A DNA stretch of 64,000 nt from Octopus vulgaris (Eukaryota), in NCBI GenBank assembly GCA_951406725.2, contig OX597827.1, positions 14,322,001 through 14,386,000 on the forward strand. The letters run 5' to 3'. The notes under the pieces are model-generated. The model saw only the letters and a list, made by a program, of their open reading frames with translations. It was not told the DNA's origin and did not search any database. Each line of letters opens with the position of its first letter. The stretch's first letter is position 1. Shown piece after piece: positions 23,708 to 37,347 of the stretch. Position numbers and translations under genes: made by a program.

Positions 23708-24419
23708 ATAATAATAATAGAGAATATAATTCCAAACTTACAGGGAAAAATTCAATTTAATAAGTACTAGGCTTACAAAAGAATAAGTCCCACAGTCGAT
23801 TTCTTCGACTAAAACCCCTTTAAGATGGTGCTCCAGCATGGCCACAGTCAAATGACTGAAACAAGCAGAATGATAAAAGAATAACAGACACTGGTGAATA
23901 AAGCAATAATAAGATTAAAATACAGAGGAAGGATGAATGTTGTGAGTTGTGAGTATAAATGTGTTTATTAGTGATAATGGTTGAAAAAAATTGTTGAATA
24001 TTGTATTGATAGTGAAAAGTTGAAGATAAAATAACTTAATAGTGTTGATGTTTACAGTAAAAAAGGACAGCAGAAAATGAGGGAAGGTGAAGCATATGGC
24101 TTGGTAAAAAGTAAATGGTTTAGGTTAAAAAGTTTGAATGAAATTTAAATTTAAAAGATAAAAGATAATAGGGTAGAAAGTATGTTGTGGGCAGGCAGGG
24201 GTTGACTAAAGATCGAACAGACCAGTTCCTGTAATGTGTTTGGCAGAAATAGGGAAACTGTGCAAGTGGGATGGGACCCGACTGTAGTGTTGTTTGTGGA
24301 GGAGATAACAAAAAAATTGTGAAGAGGAAAAGGAGGAAGAGGAGGAATTCGAGAGGTTAGGAGGCAGGGAAGAGAGAGGTGGTGGCGGTGATGGTGGTGG
24401 TGGTGGTAGAGGAGGAGAA

Positions 24420-24422
24420 GAG

Positions 24423-24480
<58 letters not shown>

Positions 24481-24495
24481 GAAGGAAGGAAGGAA

Positions 24496-24545
<50 letters not shown>

Positions 24546-24546
24546 G

Positions 24547-24597
<51 letters not shown>

Positions 24598-24598
24598 G
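24420..24598. repeat. (AAAG)n/(AAGG)n polypurine tract
   Basis: Directly visible. Confidence 0.95.
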
Positions 24599-26345
24599 CA
24601 CCAAGATATTGAATTTCAAATATGAATGGAAAGAGAAAATATATGAGGGGAAAGTAGGAAATTTATATAAAAAACGAAAGTGATGTGAATTAAGGTAGAA
24701 AAGCCAGAAGCTTAATAAAACACAGAAATAAACTACAGTCAGTGAACTGGAGTTGGACTTCTGTGAGAGATTTGGCAAAATATGAATCTAGAAAAAGAGG
24801 GCTGGACAATAAAAAATGAAAAGGTGTAAATGAAGGGATCAGGGTGCAGAAATGGCATGAGTATTATAAAATCATTTGGATTGTGGATTGGATTGGATTG
24901 GATTGCATTGCCTATGTTCAATCCACACCAGGACAAGGAAAGGCCTCAGCCTGTTCTCTCCACCAGAGAATGGCTTGGGATTTATACCGGTTTAATGAGC
25001 ATTCTCTGCCTCACTGGCTCGGTGTAGCTTTTGTACTTAAGCTCAGGAGTAGATAGGTCAATTAAATTGACCCCAGTGCTCAACTCGTACCTATTTTATT
25101 GATCCCAAAGGGACGAGAGGCAAAATCGATCTTAGCAGAACTTGATCTCAGAATGTAAAGACAGACAATATAGTGTTAAGCATGGGTTAGATGGTTTGAC
25201 CAGGACTGGTAAGCTAAGGGGCTGCACCGGACTCCATTCTGATTTAGCATGGTTTCTACTGTTGGATGCCCTTCCTAACACCAACCACTCCAAGAGTGTA
25301 ATGGATACTTGTATGAGCCAGTTGCATGACACTAGCATCTGCCACAATTATGACTTCACTTGGCTTGAAATTGTAGTTGCAGCAGATTTTTAAATTTTAT
25401 GTTTGCATGAAAACAACCTTTCAGAACATCTGTAGAGGACCCTTTCTTAGTTGAGTTTCAAAAGCATCTCCCTAGCATAAATTGCATGTTTTCCTATCAC
25501 TAATGTAAGACATGTTTCTACCTAATATCTTATATCCTTAATGAATGAGGTTTCTCCTTTTATATAAAAAGGTTTCTCCAGGAGAAAATGTGTACTGGTC
25601 AAACAAGGTTTTAAAAGAGCTGATGCTAATTTTGTTAGAGTTATTCGCGATTACTTTACATAGACAAATAACGTCTTTAGCTTGAACTGAGCAGGGGCAA
25701 GAACAAGGATTGGTACAATTGCAGTTGTTATTAGGGGTAAGTGGAATAATTAAATATTTGATGTTTAAACGATTGCCTTATATTTTTATAATTAGATATT
25801 ATTCTGAATTGTAAAAACAAAAAATTTGTTAAAATATTTTGTGTATTGTAAAAGTAGAACCAATTTATTGCAGATCCATTTTAACAGAATCTTATATGGA
25901 ATTCCAAAGGTCATATGAACCCCAGTTGGGAACCACTGATTTCAAGCAACAGAAATCAAACTGTTTACTGTAAAAATGGTTCAGAAGTGAAATAAATTAG
26001 TCTTTAGTGTGCAGGGCAGGAAAAAAGATGTGTAACATTATGGGTTGTACTTTTCAGAGAAGAATGGTGTTTTCAGGAAACACTATCCTCCATTGAAGGG
26101 CCAGGGGAGGAACAAAAGAAGGGAGGGAGGGCAGTCACACCAAGTTACAGGTGTAACTGGGTAGAAAATTCCTTCTGTAACTTATAACATCTGTTAATTA
26201 AAATGGAAGCACCAAAGTCTTTTCTTCTAGACACTGAGAATGTTTGTTCAGGGCATGTTTTAACATCATTTAAGGTTCCTGGTTAGGGTAATACAGATAA
26301 GCATTGGGCCTCTCGACCTGCTGTGAAACCCCCAGGTAATTACCC

Positions 26346-26617
26346 TCCCATGACTTCAGGAAACAATTTTTCACGCTGAGAGTTGCTGAAGCATGGGACA
26401 AACTGCCGGCATCAGTTGTTAGTTGTCGGAGCACTGCATCCTTCAAAACTTCCATGCTTTCTGAGATTCGCCAACACTACACCTGATTTTCTCCCCCCCC
26501 CCCCATACACACACAAACATGTATCTGACTCATGCATTGTTTGCTTTCCAGACATTTGTACATTACTGCATATACTCTGACAAGTTGTGGTGCACCTGAG
26601 CACTGTATACAATAATT
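26346..26617 (+). mobile_element. 3' end of CR1-type LINE
   Basis: Homologous to 3263-3545 and 30386-30580; same terminal GTGCACCTGAGCACTGTATACAATAATT. Confidence 0.85.
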
Positions 26618-28499
26618 TATACTAGTTTAATAATGAAATTATTGTATAATTTCATTATTATTATTATTTTATTATTACACTACAATTCTTGCTATATCTC
26701 TGTACTTGCTAAGTCCCCACAAAAATTCCTTAGACTTTTCAGCTTTGTTACACGGAAAATCAATTTATTAAACTTGTGGATTGTTTGCAGACCATCATTA
26801 ATTTCCTCAAATTCTAGCTTTTACTCACAGTAAAACAGTTTTAACACATCTCCATTTTCAAAACTATTCAGGAAGGAAGAGTTTTACATTAATATCCTGA
26901 AAAGGCTTAGTTCTTTAAACTTGCCATCTTATATCCGAGTTCAGTGATCTGATCTCTTTTATGTAATTAAACAACAAGGATACAAAAAGAACAGGTAATT
27001 CCTACATGCAGGTATGAAAGCACAAGAAAAATGTTTTCTCACTGATACATGTATAAAGAGAAATAATCTCATTTAATGCCTCATTGCAATTTGATCTCGT
27101 ATAGCGTAAGGACTATTTCCATTATTGAAAGACATAATAAATAGGGTTTAGCCACTTGATAGATCACAGTCAGTTGTTATCCATTCTTGTTGTTCTCTAT
27201 CTACTGGTAATCAAAGTAAGAGCCAGTTTTGTTTTTTTTTCCCTCGTAGTCTGCCATATACATGTTGTGTTTTTTACTTCTGCGAATGTGTTTCTATTAT
27301 TTTATCAACTCCAGAAGAGGGACATATTAGATTGACCCTAATAGAATTTGAAATCAGAACCAATCTAGCACTGTTATGAATCAACCATCAATTCAGTTAT
27401 TTCGCTTTCTAACATTTCCCTTTTACAGTGTAACAAAATGAAGCCAGATATGTAAAAGCAGATAGAGAAGAAACAAAAACAGGAAGCAAACAACATATCT
27501 AAAGAAAGCTACTTTAATGAATGGACGGTCGGCTCGCTTCTAATCTACTGCTTGTCTTCAAATAACTTGTCTTTAGATTATAGCGGCACCATGAGAAAAA
27601 TCTCTTTAACTTGTTCCAGTAAATATACACCGGGCTTTTGATCAATAAAAGCTGTAAGTGATATGTTAATCTTGAGATAGAACATTAAGTTAAGAGTTAG
27701 ATTTCCACCCAGTTTCCCCACTTCAGATGATTGTGGAAAAACAGATACAACTTTGGCTGTTTTGTAGATAGAAACGCTCATCGTTTAAAGTTATCTACTT
27801 GGCTTATTATTCACAATCACATACTCTAGATGGGTCTCTTAATCTATAAAGCTTTACTCACATATAAATCAACATACACCGAGTATTTCACTCTTTATGC
27901 AGTCTCTTACTCACAAGACAAACTTAGCCAAAGGAGAATTATCAACAGAAACCATTCCGTTTTCTGTGGAATGCGCATATATGAACAATATATAAAATTG
28001 ATTTTTAAATATATCGTGTATCTTATTAAAATTTTGATGTCCTTTTTTTTTTTTAGTCGATAATATTAATTTATTTGTAAACACAAAAGAATGTAGACTT
28101 TATAGTCGAAATAAAAATTATTCAAATTTCATTCAAATCAAATATATTTTGAAAATCAAGCATAAACAATGCTTTTTTCCTCATAGATATTCTTTAATAA
28201 CCAAGATTCACACTCATTCATACAAACACATACTGACACACACATACACACATGCATACACTCAAAACACTCTCTCCTCACACACATACACACACAGATA
28301 CACACACATGCATATACGTTTGTTTGCTTTACAGTATAAGTGTGTGCTAGGATATGTGGGTGCAATTTTTAATATGATAATATATATGTGTGAGTTTCTA
28401 TGAATATTTCATTATAAACTTCTTTCAGTATGAATAAAGACGCACATATTACCTCAATTACATGTACATGTGAGTGCATATGTGTGTATGAAAGGCCCC

Positions 28500-28540
28500 G
28501 TGCATGTGTATGTATATAAACGCATATACAATAAACAAAG

Positions 28541-28603
<63 letters not shown>

Positions 28604-28811
28604 TACACATGTATATATACATATATGTATATATGTATGTATGTATATATGTATATATTTATATATATATATGTGTGTGTATATATATATATATATATAC
28701 ACACACACATGCACATGTATATATATATATATATATACACACACACATGTATATATATATATATATACATATATGTATATATGTATGTATATATGTATAT
28801 ATTTATATATA

Positions 28812-28863
<52 letters not shown>

Positions 28864-28958
28864 TATATATACACACACATACACATGTATATATATACAT
28901 ATATGTATATAGGTATGTATGTATATATGTATATATACACATACACATGTATATATAT
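28500..28958. repeat. Compound (TA)n/(CA)n micro/minisatellite
   Basis: Directly visible; produces the spurious N-terminal ~160 aa of the 685-aa ORF. Confidence 0.95.
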
Positions 28959-30576
28959 CAAAATGTACCATCTTCACCATCACTAACAGCAAACTCCATA
29001 ACAACTATGGAATTTACACCTGCAATGCTGCGACGTCACCTTCAAAATAAGCGCAACTATGCCTCCCCTGGTCTCGATGGAGTTACATACCTGCTTCTCA
29101 AATGTGGCAGGCACTTCCTTTTACACCAGCTTTCTATTTTCTTCCAGTACTGTCTCAACAATGGTGCTACTCCGGAGCAGTGGAAAACTGCCAGTGTCAT
29201 TCCTCTGTTCAAAAAGGGCGACCGCACATCACCTGTCAACTATCGCCCAGTCAGTCTCACTAGCTGTATTGCAAAACTGATGGAATCGTGTGTCAGAGAA
29301 ACACTCTGGAACTTCTGGAGCTCTCACAGTCTCATCCGACCCTCACAATATGGATTTGTCCCTAACTCCAGCTGCAGTGACCAGCTTGTCGAGTTCCTTG
29401 AGGACATTACTCAGATTACTGACAGTGGCTCATGGGTGGATGTTGTCTACCTTGACTTTGCTAAGGCTTTCAACTCTGTGCCACACAAAAGGCTTATGGT
29501 GAAACTCTCTGCAATGGGTGTGGGGGATGACCTTTTTAACTGGTTGAAATCCTTCATCCTCAGCCGAAAGGAGGTAGTCACAGTTCTAGGACAGCACTCT
29601 ACACCATATGAGATGTCATCGGGTGTACCACAGGGATCTGTCCTTGGTCCCCTCTTGTTTGTGGCATACATTAACGACATAGATGCCAATTTAAAGAATG
29701 CCACAGTATTGAAATATGCAGACGACATCAAGCTGTACCTTGAAATCAAGAGGACAGATCCTGATGTCTACAACTCTTTCCTGCAATCAGACCTAGACAC
29801 AATGCAGCAATGGATCACAGACTGGCAACTGAAACTGGCTGTGGACAAGTGTACCACCATGCATTTTGGGAGAAAAAACCCTGCGTTCACATACTCCCTC
29901 CACAACACTGATATCAAGAAATCCTCTTGTGAGCGTGACCTAGGCATCACTGTCAGCAGTGATTTGCGTTGGTCAAAGCATATCTCTAAGATTGTCAGGA
30001 AGGCCGAGGGTGTCTTGGCATCACTCAGCAGGTCTTTTGTTAGCCGCTCTCCAGCCATCTATTTAAAACTGTATACAGCTATGGTACGACCACACTTGGA
30101 ATTCGCATCATCAGTTTGGAACCCCTATCTTGCACAGAACATTGACCAACTGGAATCTGTCCAGAGACGTGCAACCAAACGCATACCCTCCATCAGACAC
30201 CTACCATATTCTGAGCGCCTTGTTTCCCTGGGCATGGATTCACTGAAGCTCCGGCGTTTGGCGACGGACTTGGTAAACACCCACAAAGTTATCAACCACC
30301 TCACCAACAACAACACTGAACACCTTTTTGATCTCCATGTGTCTAACACACGTGGACATGCCTACAAAGTCAGAAAACAATACAGCTCCCATGACTTTCG
30401 GAAACATTTTTTCACGCTCAGAGTTGCTGAAGCATGGAATAAACTGCCTGCGTCAGTTGTTGACTGCCATGACACTGCATCTTTTAAGGCCCTCATGCTT
30501 TCCGAAATCCGCCGAAACTACACCTGATTATATATACACTTTAGATGAGTTGTAGTGCACCTGAGCACTGTACACA

Positions 30577-30604
<28 letters not shown>
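28959..30604 (+). mobile_element. 5'-truncated CR1-clade LINE with (TTA)n tail
   Basis: Abrupt switch from microsatellite to coding sequence at ~28959; RT ORF, ~50-nt 3' UTR with GTGC-ACCTGA-GCAC hairpin, (TTA)n at 30578-30604; no endonuclease domain present. Confidence 0.92.
29007..30527 (+). CDS. Reverse transcriptase (C-terminal part of LINE ORF2, CR1-type), no stops or frameshifts
   Basis: Motifs [89 protein letters not shown]. First in-element ATG is at 29007; the true ORF2 start was lost by truncation. Confidence 0.9.
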   Translation: MEFTPAMLRRHLQNKRNYASPGLDGVTYLLLKCGRHFLLHQLSIFFQYCLNNGATPEQWKTASVIPLFKKGDRTSPVNYRPVSLTSCIAKLMESCVRETLWNFWSSHSLIRPSQYGFVPNSSCSDQLVEFLEDITQITDSGSWVDVVYLDFAKAFNSVPHKRLMVKLSAMGVGDDLFNWLKSFILSRKEVVTVLGQHSTPYEMSSGVPQGSVLGPLLFVAYINDIDANLKNATVLKYADDIKLYLEIKRTDPDVYNSFLQSDLDTMQQWITDWQLKLAVDKCTTMHFGRKNPAFTYSLHNTDIKKSSCERDLGITVSSDLRWSKHISKIVRKAEGVLASLSRSFVSRSPAIYLKLYTAMVRPHLEFASSVWNPYLAQNIDQLESVQRRATKRIPSIRHLPYSERLVSLGMDSLKLRRLATDLVNTHKVINHLTNNNTEHLFDLHVSNTRGHAYKVRKQYSSHDFRKHFFTLRVAEAWNKLPASVVDCHDTASFKALMLSEIRRNYT

Positions 30605-30620
<16 letters not shown>

Positions 30621-30922
30621 TACATATATGTATATAGGTATGCATGTATATATGTATATATATATATATATATATGTGTATGTATGGACATACAGAGACA
30701 AATAAGAGATATATGAATATAAGTAAACATTTCACTTCCTTTCTTCAGTACATTGCTACCTTCTTTGTCTTTGCATGAATCTAATATATGTATATGCATG
30801 TTTATATACATTTATGGTTTACACAAAGGTATGTAGAACAGTCCATATATGTAGGCAAAATGTTTGTAAACATACCATACGTATACATATGAATATACAT
30901 GTGTGTGTATGTGTATACACAC

Positions 30923-30955
<33 letters not shown>

Positions 30956-31225
30956 CACATATATGTATGTATGTATATGTATATATGAGCATGTTATTCT
31001 GTGTTCACTGTAAATATTTATATTTTTATACTTATATGTGTATGTGTGTACACACACATATACACACACAATCTATCAATATGCATGTGTGAGTGGGCAT
31101 AACAATACTTGTACATAAGTTTATATGAATATATTTGTACATTTATATACATTGTGTATACATTTACTCATACTTACACAAATATGTAATATCTACATGC
31201 ACATGTAAATGTATTCACTTGTGTA

Positions 31226-31234
<9 letters not shown>

Positions 31235-31316
<82 letters not shown>

Positions 31317-31503
31317 GGAGAGATAGAGAGATAGATAGATGGATAGATAGATAGAGAGATAGGTAGATAGATAGTTAGATAGATAGATGGAGAGATAGAG
31401 AGATAAATACATACATAGATAGATAGACAGATTGACAGACAGACAGATTGACTGACAGACAGACAGATTGACAGACAGACAGACAGATTAACAGACAGAC
31501 AGT

Positions 31504-31585
<82 letters not shown>
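31235..31585. repeat. (TA)n, (AGAT)n and (AGAC)n array
   Basis: Directly visible. Confidence 0.95.
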
Positions 31586-32089
31586 TACACACACATGCTT
31601 GTATTCATACATACATACATTGCCAGAAATACAAGTATATATATATACTCAGTTATACGCATGTGTATGTGTGTTTGTTTCCTTGGTCTACATTTGCATG
31701 TATGTACACATGTAGAACACATGCATGAATGTGGTACAGGCATATCTTTGAATACATTCGTACGGTGGTTGTATAGAATAGAGGAAAAAAAAGACCTTTA
31801 TTCTGTATGTATGCTTGTTTCCATTATAAATCTGTAGGTTTAATTATGAAGAAAAAGATTCAGTAAAAACTGCAAACAACATTGAAATCATCCAATAGCT
31901 ATATCGGAGAAGATAATAAAAGATGCAATATGAACCAATCAATACAGAACGTTACTCTCGTAACCATACGCTCTGTTATCCACCAAGTTTTGTCTTCAAC
32001 ATTCACTCTTTTGTGTGCTATGCCTTTCTTTCTTTCTTTCTTATCTGCTCTGGGGTTTTTCTTTTGTTTTCTTTATAGACTTTCTTTCT

Positions 32090-32348
32090 TTCTATCTATC
32101 AATTTATCTATCTATCTGTCTGTCTGTCTGTTGATGTCTTTATCTATCTATCTATCACTCTATAATATGTCAGTCTATCTTTCTGTCTCTCTCTATCTAG
32201 TGATTAATCTGTCTCTGTCTATCTATCTATCTCTCTATCTCTCCATCTATCTATCTATCTATCTACCTACCTACCTACCTACCTACCTACCTACCTATCT
32301 ACCTACCTATCTATCTCTTTGTCTACCAATATATATATCTGACAATCA

Positions 32349-32408
<60 letters not shown>

Positions 32409-32502
32409 GTCTGTATGTATGTCTGTATGTTTGTCTGTCTGTCTGTCTGTCAGTATGTATGTATGTATGTCTATTTATCTATGTAATTATTTCTCTCTCT
32501 CC

Positions 32503-32596
<94 letters not shown>

Positions 32597-32740
32597 GTTT
32601 GTCAGTCTGTCTGTCTGTCTCTCTTTCTGCCTGCCTGCCTGCCTGCCTGCCTGTCACTCAATTCTTTTCTCTACTTTCTTAAAACACTTTTTTCTTTTCT
32701 TTTCTTTTCTTTTCATTCTTTCTTTCTTTCTTTCTCTCTT
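32090..32740. repeat. (ATCT)n, (ACCT)n, (GTCT)n and (GCCT)n compound array
   Basis: Directly visible; opposite orientation to the 31235-31585 array. Confidence 0.95.
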
Positions 32741-32836
32741 TTATAGCATGGAAACTACAATAGCTCTGGGCCATAGCACTTACATGGAAAAATGAGAGAA
32801 AAACATGAAGAGGAAGACCAAAAGGCAACTTTGAAC

Positions 32837-33176
32837 AATAACAACAACAATAATAATAATGATGATGATGATGATGATGATGATAATGATGATGATGATG
32901 ATGATGATAACAATAACTATATAAATGAATAAAATAAATAAATAAATAAATAAATAAGCAAATAATAATTTCATATATTGTTGTTATTAATTTTGCAGTG
33001 GTGGTCATGGTGGTCATGGTGGTGGTATCAGGAAGAATACCACCATCACTTTTTGCAACAACATGATGAAGATGAAGATGATGATGATGATGATGGTGGT
33101 TGTGGTGTTGGTGGTGGTGGTGATAATGGTAATTATGATGATAATTGTGATGATGCTGGTAATGGTGATGTTGGTA

Positions 33177-33222
<46 letters not shown>

Positions 33223-33247
33223 CAATGATGAAGATGATGATGATGAA

Positions 33248-33301
<54 letters not shown>

Positions 33302-33788
33302 GATGATGATGATGATGAAGATGATGATGATGGTGGTGGTGGTGGTGGTGGTGGTGGAGGTGGTGATGGCGGTAGTGATAATGGTAATTATGATGATAAT
33401 TGTGATGATGCTGGTGATAGTGATGCTGGTAATGATGATGATGATGATGACGATGATGAAGATGATGATGATGATGATGAAGATGATGATGATGATGATG
33501 ATGATTATGGCACTGTTTATGATGAAGATGATGATGATGATGATGATGAAGTGATGAAGTGTGAACATGTGATGACAGTGGTTGTTATATGTTTGCTGTT
33601 GTTTTTGTCGTTCCTGTTGTTGTTGTTGTTGTAATAGATTTTTAGGAGGGAGGTGGGGGACGACGGGGATGGAGAAGGATTTAATAATAAAATTTATATT
33701 AATAAAGCCACTAATAAAAATCTTTGTTACCACTTTTATTAAAAGTGATAATGCTGCTTGTGCTGGTAGTCATAATAGACAACAGCAT

Positions 33789-33845
<57 letters not shown>

Positions 33846-34022
33846 TTTGGAGCATGACTTCTTCAGTGTTACTAAAGAACAACGCAAAATACAAAGCAGA
33901 AATGCAAAAAAAAAAAAAAATAATAATAATAATAATAATAATAATGAATAAATAACGGAAGAAAAGAATAGAAAAAAAAGAAAATGAAAACAGGAAAGAA
34001 AGATGAAAAAAATAAAGAGAGT

Positions 34023-34054
<32 letters not shown>

Positions 34055-34380
34055 ACAAAAGAAAGAGGACAATGCCATTGATAATGAAAATGGTGGTGGT
34101 GGTGGTGGTGGTGTTATTGATAATGATAAATATCATCAAGAACACTATTGTGGAAATATCACTTTTGATGATGATGACGACGATGATGATGATGACGATG
34201 ATGATGATGATGATGACAGTCATGGTAGTAATGATGACAATGATGATCATAGTGGTGGTAGTGATGTTGATGATGATGATGATGTCGATGGTGATGCTTG
34301 TAGTGATAGTGATGATGATGATGATGAGGAGGAGGCTGGCAATTGTGGTGATGATAGAGATATTACTAACGATGATTATG
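32837..34380. repeat. Low-complexity (GAT)n/(GGT)n/(CAG)n/(AAT)n region
   Basis: Directly visible; GATAATGGTAATTATGATGATAATTGTGATGATGCTGGT occurs twice (~33122 and ~33377). Confidence 0.92.
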
Positions 34381-34483
34381 GTGTCGTTAGCCCTAGGTAG
34401 GCCAAGACTGATTGCACAGGAACTCTAATCAAAGGTATACCAGCCATGACAATGCCCACCTTTACGTTTTGGATGGGGCATAT

Positions 34484-34821
34484 ACTCTTTTACTCTTTAC
34501 TCTTTTACTTGTTTCAGTCATTTGACTGCGGCCATGCTGGAGCACCGCATTTAGTCGAGCAAATCGACCCCAGCACTTATTCTTTGTACGCCCAGTACTT
34601 ATTCTATCGGTCTCTTTTGCCGAACCGCTAAGTGACGGGGACGTAAACACACCAGCATCGGTTATCAAGCAATGCTAGGGGGACAAACACAGACACACAA
34701 ACACACACATACATACATATATATATACATATATACGACAGGCTTCTTTCAGTTTCCGTCTACCAAATCCACTCACAAGGCATTGGTCGGCCCGGGGCTA
34801 TAGCAGAAGACACTTGCCCAA
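34484..34821 (-). mobile_element. SINE family A, 5'-truncated
   Basis: Reverse complement of the family A consensus. Confidence 0.88.
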
Positions 34822-35092
34822 AAGTGCCCTTTTTTTTCCTTTGTAAGACAATAAGGTGTGATTTTAGGGAGATATAGCAGCAGCTATTTCTAGCCAACTT
34901 CTGAAGAACCAAAACAAATCTTGATATCATAACCTCTTGACACTGGACAATCCCATGGAGTTTCATCTTTTACACATCACACCAATATCAGAAGTTATAG
35001 GTTTTCACACATAATGGCATTATTACTGAAACACAAAATTAACGAATGTAGAATACAATTATGAATATATCATAACTATTATATTCATGTAA

Positions 35093-35592
35093 TCTTTATA
35101 TATAAAAGTGAAGTTGTGTGTCTGTCTCCTACGATTTAGATTCCTTACTACTCCCACATTTTTCGGTGTAGTTTAACCAAAACCGGGTATCTTATAGTCG
35201 TGATTCATATCAAGCCCTTCTGGGTATTAGCGCGCGTCTACGATAAGTCTATGATTTTAAAAAAAAATTTACCATCATTTTTTTCCATTTTAATGCATTT
35301 TTTCACTATTATATAAGGGAAGTAACTCTCTAAAAATGTCTACGATGAGTCAACGATTTTTTAAAAAATTTACCATCATTTTTTTCCATTTTAATGCATT
35401 TTTTCGCTATTATATAAGGGAAGTAACTCTCTAAAAATGTCTACGATGAGTCAACGATTTAAAAAAATTTACCATCATTTTTTTTTTCCATTTTTAATGC
35501 ATTTTTTTGCTATTTTTTGGCTATAACTCTCTAAAAATGCTTATATAGTTATTCCCCTTACAAACCCGAGCAACGCCGGGCGATACTGCTAG
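35093..35592 (+). mobile_element. Non-autonomous Helitron with internal ~100-bp tandem repeats
   Basis: 5' TCTTTATATATAA preceded by A; 3' hairpin CCCGAGCAACGCCGGG then CTAG followed by T; three copies of CTACGAT.AGTC.A.GATTT...AACTCTCTAAAAATG. Confidence 0.8.
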
Positions 35593-36426
35593 TATATTAT
35601 ATTCATGTAATATAAGAGAAATGAGTTAAAAATTGTTAGGTACGAGTCATGGCACCTTTTATTTTTATCCGCTCATTCCTGCCAACTTTAGAATCTGTTT
35701 ACGCCGCCGATTCTCAGCGTTTAAAATCTAAACCTCATTTATTTGATCCATGGTGGTTAATTACTTTCATGCTTCTTTTTATACAAGCGACATTCTCATA
35801 CATGTGATTCTGATTGCTCATACCGCTTGAATATATATAGATTCATTGACCCAGGGATTGAACTTATGCCCATCCGGTTAACTGCAACACTTAACATTTG
35901 ACACTCATTCAAGGCATTAATTCATGAAGCCATTGTCCTATAGGACAATTAAGTTATGGAAATTAGAAGCTTCGAAACCTAATTTTCTTTTTTATGGTCT
36001 CAAGGCTTAATGTTATTTGATTTCTAATTAAAGCCTTCCATCTGGTGTTTATCTCTCTGTTAGGCTTTACTAGGGAGGCTATCAAAGCCTAGCATATCTT
36101 TTCTTTGTTTTCTCTTTCTTCTTTCAGTCACTGGGGGCTACAGCCATGCCCATCCTTGAGCATTGCCTCGAAGAGTTTAGTAAAACAAATTGACCCCATT
36201 TTTTTTTTTACCAAGTCTGGTATGTTGGTTAATTATTCTGTAAGCTTTTATTTTGGGGGCTGAACTGCCAGTTTTTCAGGGACATAAACAAATTAACACC
36301 AACTGCTATGGTGTAAGGGAACAAATTCTAACACAAAGACACATACATACACACACAAACATACATACACACACAAACACACACACACGCATACACACAT
36401 GCACACACACACACACACACACACAT

Positions 36427-36808
36427 ACTCTTTACTCTTTAACTTGTTTCAGTCATTGGACTGTGGCTATGCTGGAGCACCGCCTTTAGTCGAGCAAATC
36501 AACCCCAGGACTTATTCTTTGTAAGCCTAGTACTTATTCTATCAGTTTCTTTTCCTGAAACACTAAGTTACGGGGGACGTAAACACACCAGCATCAGCTG
36601 TCAAGCGATGTTGGGGGGACAAATTCAGACACAGAAACATACAGACACATACACACACATACAGGCTTCTTTCAGTTTCCATCTACCAAATTCACTCACA
36701 AGGCATTGGTTGGCCCAAGCCTATAGTAGGAGACACTTGCCTAAGGTGCCACGAAGTGGGACTGAACCCAGAACCATGTGGTTCGTAAGCAAGCTTCTCC
36801 TACGCCTA
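36427..36808 (-). mobile_element. SINE family A between older degraded copies (~36100-36420 and ~36925-37060)
   Basis: Reverse complement of the family A consensus. Confidence 0.82.
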
Positions 36809-37203
36809 TATATGTGAATTCAGTTCGAATTCTACTAGTGGCGACACCTTGAACAAAGCTACATAGATAATTTTCAACCAAGATGAAATTTAAATGCTGC
36901 TGGACCAACAGGATGCAAATGGACACTGGGCTTCCCCACAGATTCCATCTACCAAATTCCACTCACAAGGCATTGGTTAGCCTGGACCTATAGCAGCGGA
37001 CACTCATCCAATGTACCATGCACTTGAACTGGGCCTTAAGCCACATGGTTGCAAAGCAAGCACTACCTTCCAGTGTTGGTCCCTATCTCTTATCTTGACT
37101 TTGATCCTCAAGGGTTTCTGACTTATGTATGCTCTCCCCAAATGATCAGCTAAACCTGATTTCTCTGAAATCTAATGAAGCTGGTCCTCTGTGGATCACA
37201 TCC

Positions 37204-37347
37204 CTACTTCTCAACATAGTCACCATTTCTTTCAATAGCAATGTTCCACCTTCGAATGAGAGCATGTATCGCTGCCCTGTAAAATTCTGTTGACTGTTCT
37301 TTGAGCCACTTCTTCACTACAGTTTTCACTTCCTTGTCACTGGAATA
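37204..37347 (-). pseudogene. C-terminal remnant of a mariner transposase
   Basis: Minus-strand translation YSSDKEVKTVVKKWLKEQSTEFYRAAIHALIRRWNIAIERNGDYVEK*, a typical mariner C-terminus (FY...I..L..RW...I...GDYVEK). Confidence 0.85.

Noticed and set aside
25915-25940. hAT-like single termini (also ~62047-62070)
   Set aside because: The partner TIR and TSD could not be located, so no element boundaries can be supported.
28470-28958. N-terminal ~160 aa of the 685-aa ORF
   Set aside because: Read-through of a TA/CA microsatellite; not part of the RT protein.
32978-33634. 218-aa acidic poly-Asp/Gly ORF
   Set aside because: Translation of (GAT)n/(GGT)n; overlapping frames are equally open and no domain is present.
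35700-35765. Minus-strand ACCACCATGG Kozak-like start, or a possible mitochondrial insertion
   Set aside because: The frame closes after 7 codons, the donor site is weak, and I recognised no mitochondrial protein motif.
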